A DNA stretch of 64,000 nucleotides, taken from Nitrospirota bacterium. Its GTDB lineage: Bacteria; Nitrospirota; Nitrospiria; 2-01-FULL-66-17. The notes under the pieces were generated by a model. That model searched no databases and was not told where the DNA came from. It saw only the letters and a list, made by a program, of their open reading frames with translations. The translations under genes and the position numbers were made by a program. The stretch is taken from contig JBMOMC010000044.1 in assembly GCA_049325335.1 (NCBI GenBank), positions 128,001 to 192,000 of the forward strand, read 5' to 3'. Numbering within the stretch: the stretch's first letter is position 1; every line of letters starts with the position of its first letter. Below are positions 42,678 to 51,514 of the stretch, piece after piece.

Positions 42678-43828
42678 ACCAACGAGCGTTGCGCGCGGGC
42701 ATGATGCGGTCGCGAGTTCCGCTGGAACCGCGGGTCGTCCGACCCGCGCGGCCGAGGGTCCCGAAACCTCGGGCCCGTCGGGTCCCGGCCGACCATATGA
42801 TTCACGTGGCCATTATCGGCGCGGGCCAGGGCGGCACGTCGTTGATACGGATCCTGCACGACGATCCGCTCGTGACCATCGTGGGCGTGGCGGACCTGGA
42901 CCCGAACGCCCCGGGCATGGCGCTCGCCCGCCAACTCAAGATCCGCACCACCACCGACTATCAACGTCTGCTCAAGCTTCCGAAAGTCGATACGCTCATC
43001 GACGTGAGCGGGAACGACGGGGTGGCCGAGGCGCTGCTGACGCTGGATCGTCCGGAGGTCGCGGTGGTCGGAGGCCCAGGCGCCAAGTTCATGTGGCAGT
43101 TGATCGACGAGCGCATCCGCAGCAAACAAGAGTTGGAGCGTCATCTCCACGAGTATCAGTCGCTTTACCGACTGTATATGAAGGAAGTCCGGCACGCGAT
43201 CAGCGAAGAACGCACCCGCATCGCGCTGGATATCCACGACGGCTTGGTGCAAACGCTTGCCGGGTTGAGTTACAAGATGGATCTGTGTCGGGAATTCCTA
43301 TCGTTGGACCCGGCCCGCGGCGCGCGCACCCTACGCGAGACGCAGCACCTGCTCAAGGGCGCGATCGAAGAAGCTCGCCAGGTGGTCTTCAGCCTCAAGC
43401 CGCTGCACTTCGATCGTCTGGACCTCCGCACCGCGCTCAAACACTACGCCAAGACCTACGCCAAGCAGTACCACATCGACACCACCGTCAGCGTCCTCGG
43501 CAACGAGCGCGGCTTGTCGCCGAAGACCAAAATCTTTCTCTTTCGCATCGTCCAAGAAGCGCTCTCCAACGTCCAAAAACACGCGGGCGCATCCAAGGTC
43601 CACGTGCGGGTCGCCATCGAAAGGACCACCCTGACCGCCTCGATCCAAGACAACGGCCGAGGATTCGACCTCCCAGGGGTCTCGGCCAATCCCGAGAAAT
43701 GGGCGTCGTTAGGGCTCAAAGGCATGACCGAACGAGCCCGGCTGATCGGCGGACGCGCTCGTATCGAAACCCAACCTGGGCAAGGCACGACCATCTCGGT
43801 GACCATTCCCCTCAAACACCAGGAATAA
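42674..43828 (+). CDS. Soluble NarX-type (HisKA_3) histidine kinase with an N-terminal Rossmann-like domain
   Basis: [44 protein letters not shown]; no TM; alternative start ATG 42797. Confidence 0.9.
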   Translation: MNQRALRAGMMRSRVPLEPRVVRPARPRVPKPRARRVPADHMIHVAIIGAGQGGTSLIRILHDDPLVTIVGVADLDPNAPGMALARQLKIRTTTDYQRLLKLPKVDTLIDVSGNDGVAEALLTLDRPEVAVVGGPGAKFMWQLIDERIRSKQELERHLHEYQSLYRLYMKEVRHAISEERTRIALDIHDGLVQTLAGLSYKMDLCREFLSLDPARGARTLRETQHLLKGAIEEARQVVFSLKPLHFDRLDLRTALKHYAKTYAKQYHIDTTVSVLGNERGLSPKTKIFLFRIVQEALSNVQKHAGASKVHVRVAIERTTLTASIQDNGRGFDLPGVSANPEKWASLGLKGMTERARLIGGRARIETQPGQGTTISVTIPLKHQE

Positions 43829-43840
43829 GGAGCGGCGCAC

Positions 43841-44518
43841 GTGGCGAAAAAAATTCGGGTCCTGATCGCCGACGATCACCAAGTGGTGCGCGACGGCTTG
43901 TCCGCCATCCTCCAGACCAAGGACGACATCGTCGTGGTCGGCGAAGCCAAGGACGGGGTGGAAGCGGTGGAGAAAACCAAACAACTCCAACCGGACGTGG
44001 CGCTGATGGACATCAGCATGCCGCGCATGACGGGCGTGGAAGCCACGCGCCGCATCAAGGAGCTCTGCCCGGACGTCCGCGTGGTGGTGCTCACCATGTA
44101 TGAGGAAGAAGAATACATTTTCGACCTGGTCAAGACCGGCGTGGCCGGCTACCTGCTCAAGAATTCGGACTCCGCGCAGATCGTCAAGGCGATTCGCGCC
44201 GCGGCCAAGGGCGAGTCGTTCCTGCACCCCACCATCGCGGGGAAAATTCTAACCGAGTTTTCGCAATTAGCCGAAGGACGCGGCAAGAAGCAAACCAAGG
44301 GCAAGAGCGATTTGACCGAACGCGAACAAGGCGTCCTGCAATACATCGCGGAGGGCAAGACCAACAAGGAGATCGCCAACGCCCTGTCCATCAGTGAGAA
44401 AACCGTGAAGAACCACGTCCGCAACATCTTCCACAAACTGGACGTGTACGATCGCACCCAAGCCGCGATCCAAGCCATCCGTCGCGGCATCATCCGCATC
44501 GACATACAGAAATCGTAG
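43841..44518 (+). CDS. NarL/LuxR-family response regulator
   Basis: IADDH, LMDISMP, LTEREQ...NKEIA...TVKNH. Confidence 0.95.
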   Translation: MAKKIRVLIADDHQVVRDGLSAILQTKDDIVVVGEAKDGVEAVEKTKQLQPDVALMDISMPRMTGVEATRRIKELCPDVRVVVLTMYEEEEYIFDLVKTGVAGYLLKNSDSAQIVKAIRAAAKGESFLHPTIAGKILTEFSQLAEGRGKKQTKGKSDLTEREQGVLQYIAEGKTNKEIANALSISEKTVKNHVRNIFHKLDVYDRTQAAIQAIRRGIIRIDIQKS

Positions 44519-44541
44519 GGCGACCGCCGTTCGGCTCCTAC
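44515..44541. repeat. GTAG-type REP-like palindrome
   Basis: GTAGG...CCTAC overlapping the TAG stop; related element at 45644. Confidence 0.45.
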
Positions 44542-44549
44542 ACGCCGTC

Positions 44550-45437
44550 ATGGATGACGACGTTCGAAAATTTCTTCAATTTTTATCCGTTGAAAAAGGC
44601 CTTGCGCCGCTGACGCTGGAAGCGTACGCCCGGGATCTGGGGCGGGTCATCGGCCTGCTCACGGATCAAGGCGTCACCACGTGGCGCGCGGTTGAACGCG
44701 AGCATTTGCGCTCGTGCCTGGCCGCGCTGCACCGTCACGGCCTATCGGGACGAACCGTCGCGCGCACCATCACCACGCTGCGCGGGCTCTACCGGTTTTT
44801 ATCGAATGAGGGCGCGATCGAACGAGACCCTACCGCGTGGATGGAGTCCCCGCAACGCCCGATGCGACTTCCACGGTCGCTCCCTTCCGCCGACGTCGAG
44901 CGCCTCCTCGCCCTGTCGCTGGGCACGAAACCGCCGCACGCGCGCGATGAAGCCATGATCGAACTGCTCTACGCGACCGGGATGCGGGTGTCGGAACTCG
45001 TCTCATTGACGTTGAAAGACGTGAATCTGGAAGTGGGGTATGTCACCCCGTTGGGTAAGGGGTCCAAGGTGCGCATCATCCCGGTCGGCGATGCCGGCCG
45101 CGACAAGTTGACCCGATACCTGAGCGGTCCCCGCGCCGCGCTCCTGGACGGACGGTCGTCCGCCCACGTGTTCGTGAGCAACCGGGGTGGGGCCATGACC
45201 CGGCAGCGCTTTTGGCAAATCCTGCGCGACTACGCCCGCGCCGCGGGAATCGCCGCGAAATTCTCCCCGCACACGCTCCGCCACTCGTTCGCCACCCACC
45301 TGCTCACCCGCGGCGCCGACCTCCGTGCGGTCCAAGCCATGCTCGGCCACGCCCAAATCACCACCACGCAAATCTACACCCACGTCACGAGAGAACGCTT
45401 AAAGAGCCTGCACGAGAAACTGCACCCACGGGGATAA
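44550..45437 (+). CDS. xerD: Site-specific tyrosine recombinase XerD
   Basis: LYATGMRVSEL, GKGSK, SPHTLRHSFATHLL, QAMLGH, TTQIYTHV, HPRG end. Confidence 0.92.
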   Translation: MDDDVRKFLQFLSVEKGLAPLTLEAYARDLGRVIGLLTDQGVTTWRAVEREHLRSCLAALHRHGLSGRTVARTITTLRGLYRFLSNEGAIERDPTAWMESPQRPMRLPRSLPSADVERLLALSLGTKPPHARDEAMIELLYATGMRVSELVSLTLKDVNLEVGYVTPLGKGSKVRIIPVGDAGRDKLTRYLSGPRAALLDGRSSAHVFVSNRGGAMTRQRFWQILRDYARAAGIAAKFSPHTLRHSFATHLLTRGADLRAVQAMLGHAQITTTQIYTHVTRERLKSLHEKLHPRG

Positions 45438-45470
45438 TCCGCTCATCGTGTAGACAACAAGGTCAGGGGA

Positions 45471-45497
45471 CTGGATTCCCGCCTGCGCGGGAATGAC
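45471..45497. repeat. ATTCCC-N8-GGGAAT (dRS3-like) palindrome
   Basis: CTGGATTCCC-GCCTGCGC-GGGAATGAC. Confidence 0.7.
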
Positions 45498-45549
45498 ATC
45501 AACTTCTATTTACGACAGGAAGTAAATGTGTTCGCGCATTCCGAACACA

Positions 45550-45733
45550 GAGCCTGTTCAGGGCCGGTCAGACGCCCCCTTCGGGGGCTTCCAGCAATTC
45601 CATTCTTGGGGGGGGTCGCAAGCCGCCGCGAGCACCCGCACGTGTAGGGGTGTACGGCCGTACGCCCCTACGAAAACCGTGAGGACCGGACGCGCAGCGG
45701 CAACGCCGCAGATGGCCGGTCATGGACAGGCTC
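45550..45733. mobile_element. MITE-like palindromic element, copy 2, with an internal GTAG REP
   Basis: GAGCCTGTTCAGGGCCGGTCA / TGGCCGGTCATGGACAGGCTC termini; GTAGGGGTGTACGGCCGTACGCCCCTAC at 45644-45671. Confidence 0.7.
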
Positions 45734-46405
45734 CTAGAAGTCGAACTTCAGCGCAGCCACCACCGTTCTTCCACCCAAGTCCACGTCCGAGTCGGTTCCC
45801 GGAGCCTGAATCTTGGCCCACTGCGCTTCAACGCGGAAGGACGTTCGCGCCACGCCGTACTCTTCATGAAACGCCGCCGCGGACGAGGGGTCCAAGCCGT
45901 TGAGCAGCACATCGATCCCCACGCCGACGAGCAACCCTCCGGCGGCTCCGCGTACGCTGTCCTTCCCGTCAACCGCCAATCGATAGAGGGCACGGCGATA
46001 CCCCGCGGACAAAAACGGGGTGAGGAGTTGGTCTTCGGATACTCGGAAGGCCCCTTCGAGGCCCACGGTGATCGGCCATAACACAAGCCGCTGGTGATCG
46101 CCGCTGACCCGGCCGCTCAGCGACCCGCGCGCGAACGATCCCGCCGTGAAGTACCCGGCATCGACCATGACGGCCACGAACGGGGTCACGGCGTACTTCG
46201 CGCCCAGCGTCGGAACCCACCCGCCCGCTCGGCCATACTGCGCTTCCCACCCCTCGATCTCGGGGGTGAAATATCCCACGCCGACCGAAGCCGACCACCG
46301 TGTGTCGTCGATGGGTTCGGCCCGTGCGGCGGGTACCGGGGCCCACCACGCGCACGCGACGCCGAATAGAACCCACCGCGCGGCGTGGCCCAATCGGCTA
46401 CGCAC
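45734..46405 (-). CDS. Small outer-membrane beta-barrel (MXAN_2562-like)
   Basis: Signal peptide, about 8 beta strands, LDPSSA..F..EYGV motif, C-terminal LKFDF. Confidence 0.75.
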   Translation of the reverse strand: MRSRLGHAARWVLFGVACAWWAPVPAARAEPIDDTRWSASVGVGYFTPEIEGWEAQYGRAGGWVPTLGAKYAVTPFVAVMVDAGYFTAGSFARGSLSGRVSGDHQRLVLWPITVGLEGAFRVSEDQLLTPFLSAGYRRALYRLAVDGKDSVRGAAGGLLVGVGIDVLLNGLDPSSAAAFHEEYGVARTSFRVEAQWAKIQAPGTDSDVDLGGRTVVAALKFDF

Positions 46406-48152
46406 GCGCCCGACCTCGTCGTGATCGAACCACGGCCGCCAATGCGACCATTCCGACGATCCCGCACGCCAGTGACAGCCACGGCCACTCCATCGAGAGC
46501 CACGCCACGCCGATCACGGGCGCCAAGGCCCAGCGAACCGTTGTCCGCAGGAGTTCGGAACGACGCAACACGTCCGCGATCGGCGGACTCACGGCCTCAT
46601 ACGTCCGGACAAACACCCGGCCGGGCGGGTTGGTCAGCAAATAGCGATCCCGCCACGCTCGCAACAGGTCCACTTGCGGGGCCATCAGCGATCCGTACGC
46701 CGCGGTGGCGATAAAACACCCGCGGCCCTCGGCCAACGGCGGGAACCCGACCACGGGTTCCGGAATCTCCGAGACCTCGGCCGACTGCGCCCCTGTCACG
46801 GCGGTCCCGTACTCGGCATGCTCTGGATCGGATCGGTTCCCAATGGTCGGCGAAGCGGTCGGGGTTCCGTACAACGACGCCACCACCGCGGTCAACGTCG
46901 GCTCCGTGGCCGCTGCCACCGCCGCGTAATAGATTGTGCCGTTGACCAAGTCCTCCAACGTCGTCGAAGTTTCCGCCACTCGATCCTTTCCCGGAACCAC
47001 GGTCAGAACCCCTGACGTCGTTCCCGACAACACCTGGTAGGACGTCGCAGCGGCGGACGCGTTCCACGCCAGATAAATTCGGGTGTCGCCGAACGTGGCG
47101 GCCAAGCCGGTCGGCGGATCCGGCGCGGTCACGCTCGTGTTCAACCCGCTCAATGACAGGGCGCACGTCGTACCCGTACACGTTGTCTGTGTCGATGCCG
47201 AGGTATCGATGATGTGCGGAGAGGTGATCGGCCCGTCCGCCGTGCCGGCATATGTCGCATCAGCCGGCACCAACGGCGCGGCAAACGACACTTGGTACCC
47301 GGTGACCAGGTGGTCGGCATTTTTCGTCCACGACACCGTACACGCGGCGGCCGGAGGCGCGCACACCACGCTCACCCCGCGCGGGGGAAACGGCTTGGTG
47401 TGGGCGCTTGCCCCGCCGTACGCGCCGAATGTATCGCTGTCGGTCACTTGGCCAAACGCGTTGGTCGATGCCGCGGTCAGGTGGAAATCATTCTCCGTTT
47501 CATCAACGAACTCCAACCCCGTGTCCACCCGCGTGTAGGTGCCCGGCGGAGGAGTTTGATAGAACAACTGCTCCCCGGTCAACACGAGGGTCCCCAGATC
47601 CACGCCCTGCGTCAGGGTGGAGAAAATCGTGTTGGTGACGGACACCGACTGGGCCGCGCAGACGATCCCGTGCTCCCCGCGATGGATCGTCGCGCGCGTA
47701 ATCGTGATGGTGTTGCCCGCGGTCTGCTCGCACCGGATCGCGGTCCCGGTGGACGTGTCGGCCGCAATCACGACATTCTCGAGCGTAGCCGTGGCTTGAG
47801 TAATCTGCACCCCAGTGGCCGACCTCCGCAGGATCAGCCGCGTCAATTTGGCGGACACGTTGGGCCGGATCGTCACCACCGGTTCCGAGCCCACGCCGAT
47901 AATCACCACCTTGGCGCCGTCCTCGGCCTGGATGGTCAGATTCTTGTCGATGACCAGATGTTCGGTGTACTCGCCCGTTGTGATGATCAGGGTGTCCCCG
48001 GCCGTCGCGGCTTGGATCGCGTCCGCAATCGACTCGCCGGATGATACCGTGGCGGTTTCGGCTTGAGCCGTGGCGGCGCCGACCAATAGGACCGTGACCG
48101 CGGTCAGGCACCACGCCCGGCATACACTCCACGCGGATGAGTCGGGGAGCAC
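46398..48152 (-). CDS. Exported beta-helix + FN3 protein with a CFI-box-CTERM domain
   Basis: SIADAIQAATAGDT..GEYTE beta-helix start, FN3-like PTGLAA..LAWNAS, GCFIATAAYGS...LRAWRD...SPPIAD, C-terminal TM plus basic tail; start approximate. Confidence 0.8.
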   Translation of the reverse strand: MLPDSSAWSVCRAWCLTAVTVLLVGAATAQAETATVSSGESIADAIQAATAGDTLIITTGEYTEHLVIDKNLTIQAEDGAKVVIIGVGSEPVVTIRPNVSAKLTRLILRRSATGVQITQATATLENVVIAADTSTGTAIRCEQTAGNTITITRATIHRGEHGIVCAAQSVSVTNTIFSTLTQGVDLGTLVLTGEQLFYQTPPPGTYTRVDTGLEFVDETENDFHLTAASTNAFGQVTDSDTFGAYGGASAHTKPFPPRGVSVVCAPPAAACTVSWTKNADHLVTGYQVSFAAPLVPADATYAGTADGPITSPHIIDTSASTQTTCTGTTCALSLSGLNTSVTAPDPPTGLAATFGDTRIYLAWNASAAATSYQVLSGTTSGVLTVVPGKDRVAETSTTLEDLVNGTIYYAAVAAATEPTLTAVVASLYGTPTASPTIGNRSDPEHAEYGTAVTGAQSAEVSEIPEPVVGFPPLAEGRGCFIATAAYGSLMAPQVDLLRAWRDRYLLTNPPGRVFVRTYEAVSPPIADVLRRSELLRTTVRWALAPVIGVAWLSMEWPWLSLACGIVGMVALAAVVRSRRGRARA

Positions 48153-48165
48153 CGGAGTGGAGTCG

Positions 48166-48678
48166 TCAGTAACTAAGCAGGGAGAGAATGTGCTGGTCTC
48201 TGAGCTTGTCACGGCCGCGCAGCTCCGCCAGCTCGATGAGCACGGCAATGCCCACCACCACACCGCCCAGTTCCTTGACCAGGTGCACGGTCGCGGCCAT
48301 GGTGCCGCCGGTGGCCAGCAGGTCGTCGACGATCAACACGCGCTCGCCGCGATCAATCGCGTCCTTGTGGATCGCGAGTTTGTTCGATCCATACTCCAAA
48401 TCATAGGTTTTTTCGTAGACTTCGGCGGGCAATTTCCCGGGTTTGCGTACGGGCACGAACCCCGCACCGAGTTGCGCGGCCACCGGCGCCCCCAGGATGA
48501 AGCCCCTCGACTCGATCCCCACCACCTTGGTGATCCCTTCGCCGCGGTAGAATTCGGTGAACCGGTGGACGACGCGGCCGAACGCCTCGGCGTCCCGCAG
48601 CAGCGTGGTCACGTCGTAAAACAGAATGCCGGGCTTGGGAAAGTTCGGGACTTCTCGGATCTTGGCTTTGAGGTCCAA
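48166..48678 (-). CDS. apt: Adenine phosphoribosyltransferase
   Basis: FPKPGILFYD, IESRGF, RKPGKLP, VDDLLATGGT. Confidence 0.97.
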   Translation of the reverse strand: MDLKAKIREVPNFPKPGILFYDVTTLLRDAEAFGRVVHRFTEFYRGEGITKVVGIESRGFILGAPVAAQLGAGFVPVRKPGKLPAEVYEKTYDLEYGSNKLAIHKDAIDRGERVLIVDDLLATGGTMAATVHLVKELGGVVVGIAVLIELAELRGRDKLRDQHILSLLSY

Positions 48679-48690
48679 CGAGCACCGTCC

Positions 48691-49758
48691 TTAAATAATC
48701 TGTTCCGCGGTGATACTCTTCTTGCCGATCAGGCCACGCAACTTGGCGAGCGCGCCGGCTTCGATCTGACGCACCCGCTCTCGGGTAAGACCGAACACCT
48801 TCCCGATCTCTTCCAAGGTGTGCGGCTCATCGCCGTCCAACCCGAATCGCATCACGAGCACTTTTTGCTCGTTGGGCTTCAAAATCTTCATCCACCGCAC
48901 AATGTCCTCGCGGCGGCGAATCCCTTCCGTGGTGGCGGCAGGAGAAATCTGCGACGTGTCTTCGATAATGTCCTTCAAGGTGGTATCTTGCGCGCTCCCG
49001 ATCGGGCTTTCCAACGAATACGTCTTGCGGATCAACGTCTGCAAGTGCACCACGTCCTCGACCGGAATACGCAGGCGACGAGACAACTCCTTTGCCGAGG
49101 GATCGCGGTCGTACTCCTGCATCAGGGCGTCCACGGCTTGCAGATAGTGATTGACCCGCTCCACCACGTGGACGGGCAGACGGATCAACTTGCTTTGGTT
49201 GATGATGGCGCGTTCGATGGACTGGCGAATCCACCATGACGCGTAGGTGGAAAACTTAAACCCGCGGCGGTAGTTGAACTTCTCCACCGCCTTAATCAGC
49301 CCGATATTCCCTTCCTCCAGAATGTCGGAGAACGGCAGGCCGCGGTTGATATACCGTTTACCAATACTGACCACGAGCCGCAGATTGGACTCGATCATCT
49401 GCTCCCGGGCCTTGGCGTCGCCTTTTTCAATCAGCTTGGCGAGGCGCTGTTCATCGGCGAACGTGAGCAAGGTGGATCGACGGATCTCCTTGAGATAACT
49501 CTTAACGGCGTCCATGGCGCCGCTGGGTTCGGACTCGGGTTCCGGCTCGATAACGGTCTCACGGGCTTCGAACTCAACCTCCTCATCCCCGCCGCCGTCG
49601 CCGGTCCCCTCGTCTTCCATCTCGGTCTTGAGCGGAAACGACTCATCCCCTCCGCCGCCTTCCGACGGTTCAACCGCGGCATCATCGTCCAACGTGACGT
49701 CTTTGGGTTTGCGCGGCCGCTTGGGCAACACGACTTTTCTGGACTTGGGATTAGGCAA
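48691..49758 (-). CDS. rpoS: Group 2 sigma-70 factor, RpoS-like
   Basis: YLKEI, ESNLRLVV, GFKFSTYASWWIRQ, IRLPVHV, TRERVRQIE; no region 1.1; next to apt. Confidence 0.8.
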   Translation of the reverse strand: MPNPKSRKVVLPKRPRKPKDVTLDDDAAVEPSEGGGGDESFPLKTEMEDEGTGDGGGDEEVEFEARETVIEPEPESEPSGAMDAVKSYLKEIRRSTLLTFADEQRLAKLIEKGDAKAREQMIESNLRLVVSIGKRYINRGLPFSDILEEGNIGLIKAVEKFNYRRGFKFSTYASWWIRQSIERAIINQSKLIRLPVHVVERVNHYLQAVDALMQEYDRDPSAKELSRRLRIPVEDVVHLQTLIRKTYSLESPIGSAQDTTLKDIIEDTSQISPAATTEGIRRREDIVRWMKILKPNEQKVLVMRFGLDGDEPHTLEEIGKVFGLTRERVRQIEAGALAKLRGLIGKKSITAEQII

Positions 49759-50035
49759 CGTTGAATCCTCGCGATCCGGATGATCCCTCTTGCCACCGCA
49801 CGTCGACGGATTCGACCCGCGCGGCGGAAGGACCGATCCGGAGCCGGCCGATGACCAGATCGATGGACTCGCGCGCGCCCTCCAGTCGGACCTCCACCCG
49901 CCCGTCGCGCAGGTTCCTGGCGTGCCCGCTCAGGCCCATGCGGTTCGCCTCAGCCGCGGCAAAATTCCGATACCCCACGCCTTGTACCTGACCGCTGACC
50001 ATGACCGTGGCTTGGTAGAGTTTGGTTCCGCTCAT
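49751..50035 (-). CDS. acyP: Acylphosphatase
   Basis: GQVQGVGYR, RNLRDGRVE, GPSAARV; start ATG 50035. Confidence 0.92.
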   Translation of the reverse strand: MSGTKLYQATVMVSGQVQGVGYRNFAAAEANRMGLSGHARNLRDGRVEVRLEGARESIDLVIGRLRIGPSAARVESVDVRWQEGSSGSRGFNVA

Positions 50036-50047
50036 GACAAGAAAAAA

Positions 50048-50121
50048 TCGGGGTGAGAGGATTTGAACCTCCGACACCTAGCTCCCGAAGCTAGTGCGCT
50101 ACCAGGCTGCGCCACACCCCG
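50048..50121 (-). tRNA. tRNA-Pro(CGG), CCA not encoded
   Basis: CGGGGTG acceptor, GCGCAGCCTGGTAGCGC D-arm, CTAGC-TTCGGGA-GCTAG anticodon arm, GGTTCAAATCC T-arm. Confidence 0.97.
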
Positions 50122-50135
50122 TTTTTTCAAAATAT

Positions 50136-50232
50136 GAACCGGAGAACCGGGGAGCGGGCGAAGGGGAGAACTCAACCGCCGAGCACCGACCAGCACTTTC
50201 CCCGGCTCCCCCGCTCGCCCGCTCCCCGGTTC
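50136..50232. repeat. Octamer-periodic long inverted repeat
   Basis: Perfect 18-bp stem GAACCGGGGAGCGGGCGA (50144-50161) / TCGCCCGCTCCCCGGTTC (50215-50232). Confidence 0.7.
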
Positions 50233-50237
50233 CATTA

Positions 50238-51341
50238 TTACTGCCACGATTCCAGGCGCATCCCATGCGCCTCGGCCACGCCCTGATGCACCACCTTGCC
50301 GTGATACAGATTCAACCCTCCAAACAACGCGGGATCGGCTTTCAACGCCGGCTCCACGCCGCGTTCGACCAACTGCATCACGTACGGCAACGTCACCGCG
50401 GTCAAGGCCTGCGTGGAGGTTCGCGGCACCGTGCCCGGCAAGTTCGCGACCCCGTAATGAATCACGCCGTGCGCCACGTACACCGGGTCCGCTTGCGTGG
50501 TTTTCTTCGCGGTCTCCACGCAGCCGCCCTGGTCGATCGACACGTCCACGATCACCGACCCCTTCCGCATCTGCGCCACGGTCTGGCCGGCGACCAGGTG
50601 CGGGGTGCGCGCGCCGGACACCAACACCGCGCCCACGACCAGATCGGCCTGCACCACCGCCTGGTGGATCGTGTCCGCGCTCGCGATCAACGTGGTAATC
50701 CGTCCGCGCATCAGATCGTCCACCACCTGCAACCGGTTCGGGTCCCGCTCCAACACCGTGACCCGCGCGCCCAGGCCCACCGCGATCTTGGCCGCGCTGG
50801 TGCCCACCACCCCGCCGCCCAGAATCGTCACGCGCCCGCGTTCCACGCCGGGCACGCCCGAGAGCAACACCCCGCTGCCCCCGTTGGTCCGCATCAAATA
50901 CGACGCGCCGATCTGCACGGCGAGCCGCCCCGCGATATCGCTCATCGGCCGCAGGAGCGGCCGAACCCCGTCCGCCAGCGTGACCGTCTCGTACGCGATG
51001 CCCACCACCTCGGCCGCCAACAAGGCCTCGGTCATCTTGCGGTCCGCGGCCAGGTGGAGAAACGTAAACAGCGTTTGCCCCTTTTGAATCCAGGGGTACT
51101 CCTTGGGAAGCGGCTCCTTGACCTTCACGATCAAGTCGCACATTTTATACACCGCTTCCGTGGAGGCCACGAGCAGGGCGCCCGCTTCTTCGTACGCGCG
51201 GTCGGCATACCCGCTGCCCTCGCCCGCGCCCCGTTCCACGAACACCTGGGCCCCCAACCGGGTCACCGCGCGTACGCCCGCGGGGGTCATGCCGACCCGG
51301 TACTCGTGCTCCATAATTTCCCGTGGAACGCCGACCTTCAT
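50238..51341 (-). CDS. ald: Alanine dehydrogenase
   Basis: MKVGVPREI..EYRVG, KVKEP, FTFLHLA, PMSDIAGR, GGGVVG, IDQGGC, VANLPG; start ATG 51341. Confidence 0.95.
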   Translation of the reverse strand: MKVGVPREIMEHEYRVGMTPAGVRAVTRLGAQVFVERGAGEGSGYADRAYEEAGALLVASTEAVYKMCDLIVKVKEPLPKEYPWIQKGQTLFTFLHLAADRKMTEALLAAEVVGIAYETVTLADGVRPLLRPMSDIAGRLAVQIGASYLMRTNGGSGVLLSGVPGVERGRVTILGGGVVGTSAAKIAVGLGARVTVLERDPNRLQVVDDLMRGRITTLIASADTIHQAVVQADLVVGAVLVSGARTPHLVAGQTVAQMRKGSVIVDVSIDQGGCVETAKKTTQADPVYVAHGVIHYGVANLPGTVPRTSTQALTAVTLPYVMQLVERGVEPALKADPALFGGLNLYHGKVVHQGVAEAHGMRLESWQ

Positions 51342-51379
51342 CGCGCCTCCCACCACGGACGTCCGTATCCGATCGGCGT

Positions 51380-51409
51380 AAATTAGCAGGTCAGCCGTGG
51401 CAAAGTCAA
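51380..51409 (-). promoter_or_regulatory. ald promoter
   Basis: TTGACT, 18 bp spacer, TAATTT with a TG extended -10. Confidence 0.55.
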
Positions 51410-51514
51410 ACCACGCCGAGCCCCGCGCGTGACGCCCCATCCCTCGTCATCGCCATGCCCGGCGGCCGCGGAGTGATGGACTTGCGCGGACAAACCCATT
51501 ACAGTCAGGGGTCG

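Noticed and set aside
44550..45437. Tyrosine recombinase as the integron integrase for the 32-kb cassette
   Set aside because: It has XerD length and motifs, lacks the IntI-specific insertion, and sits 12 kb away in a housekeeping operon.
50048..50121. tRNA-Pro as an island integration site
   Set aside because: Flanked by housekeeping genes; no duplicated tRNA 3' end or integrase was seen.
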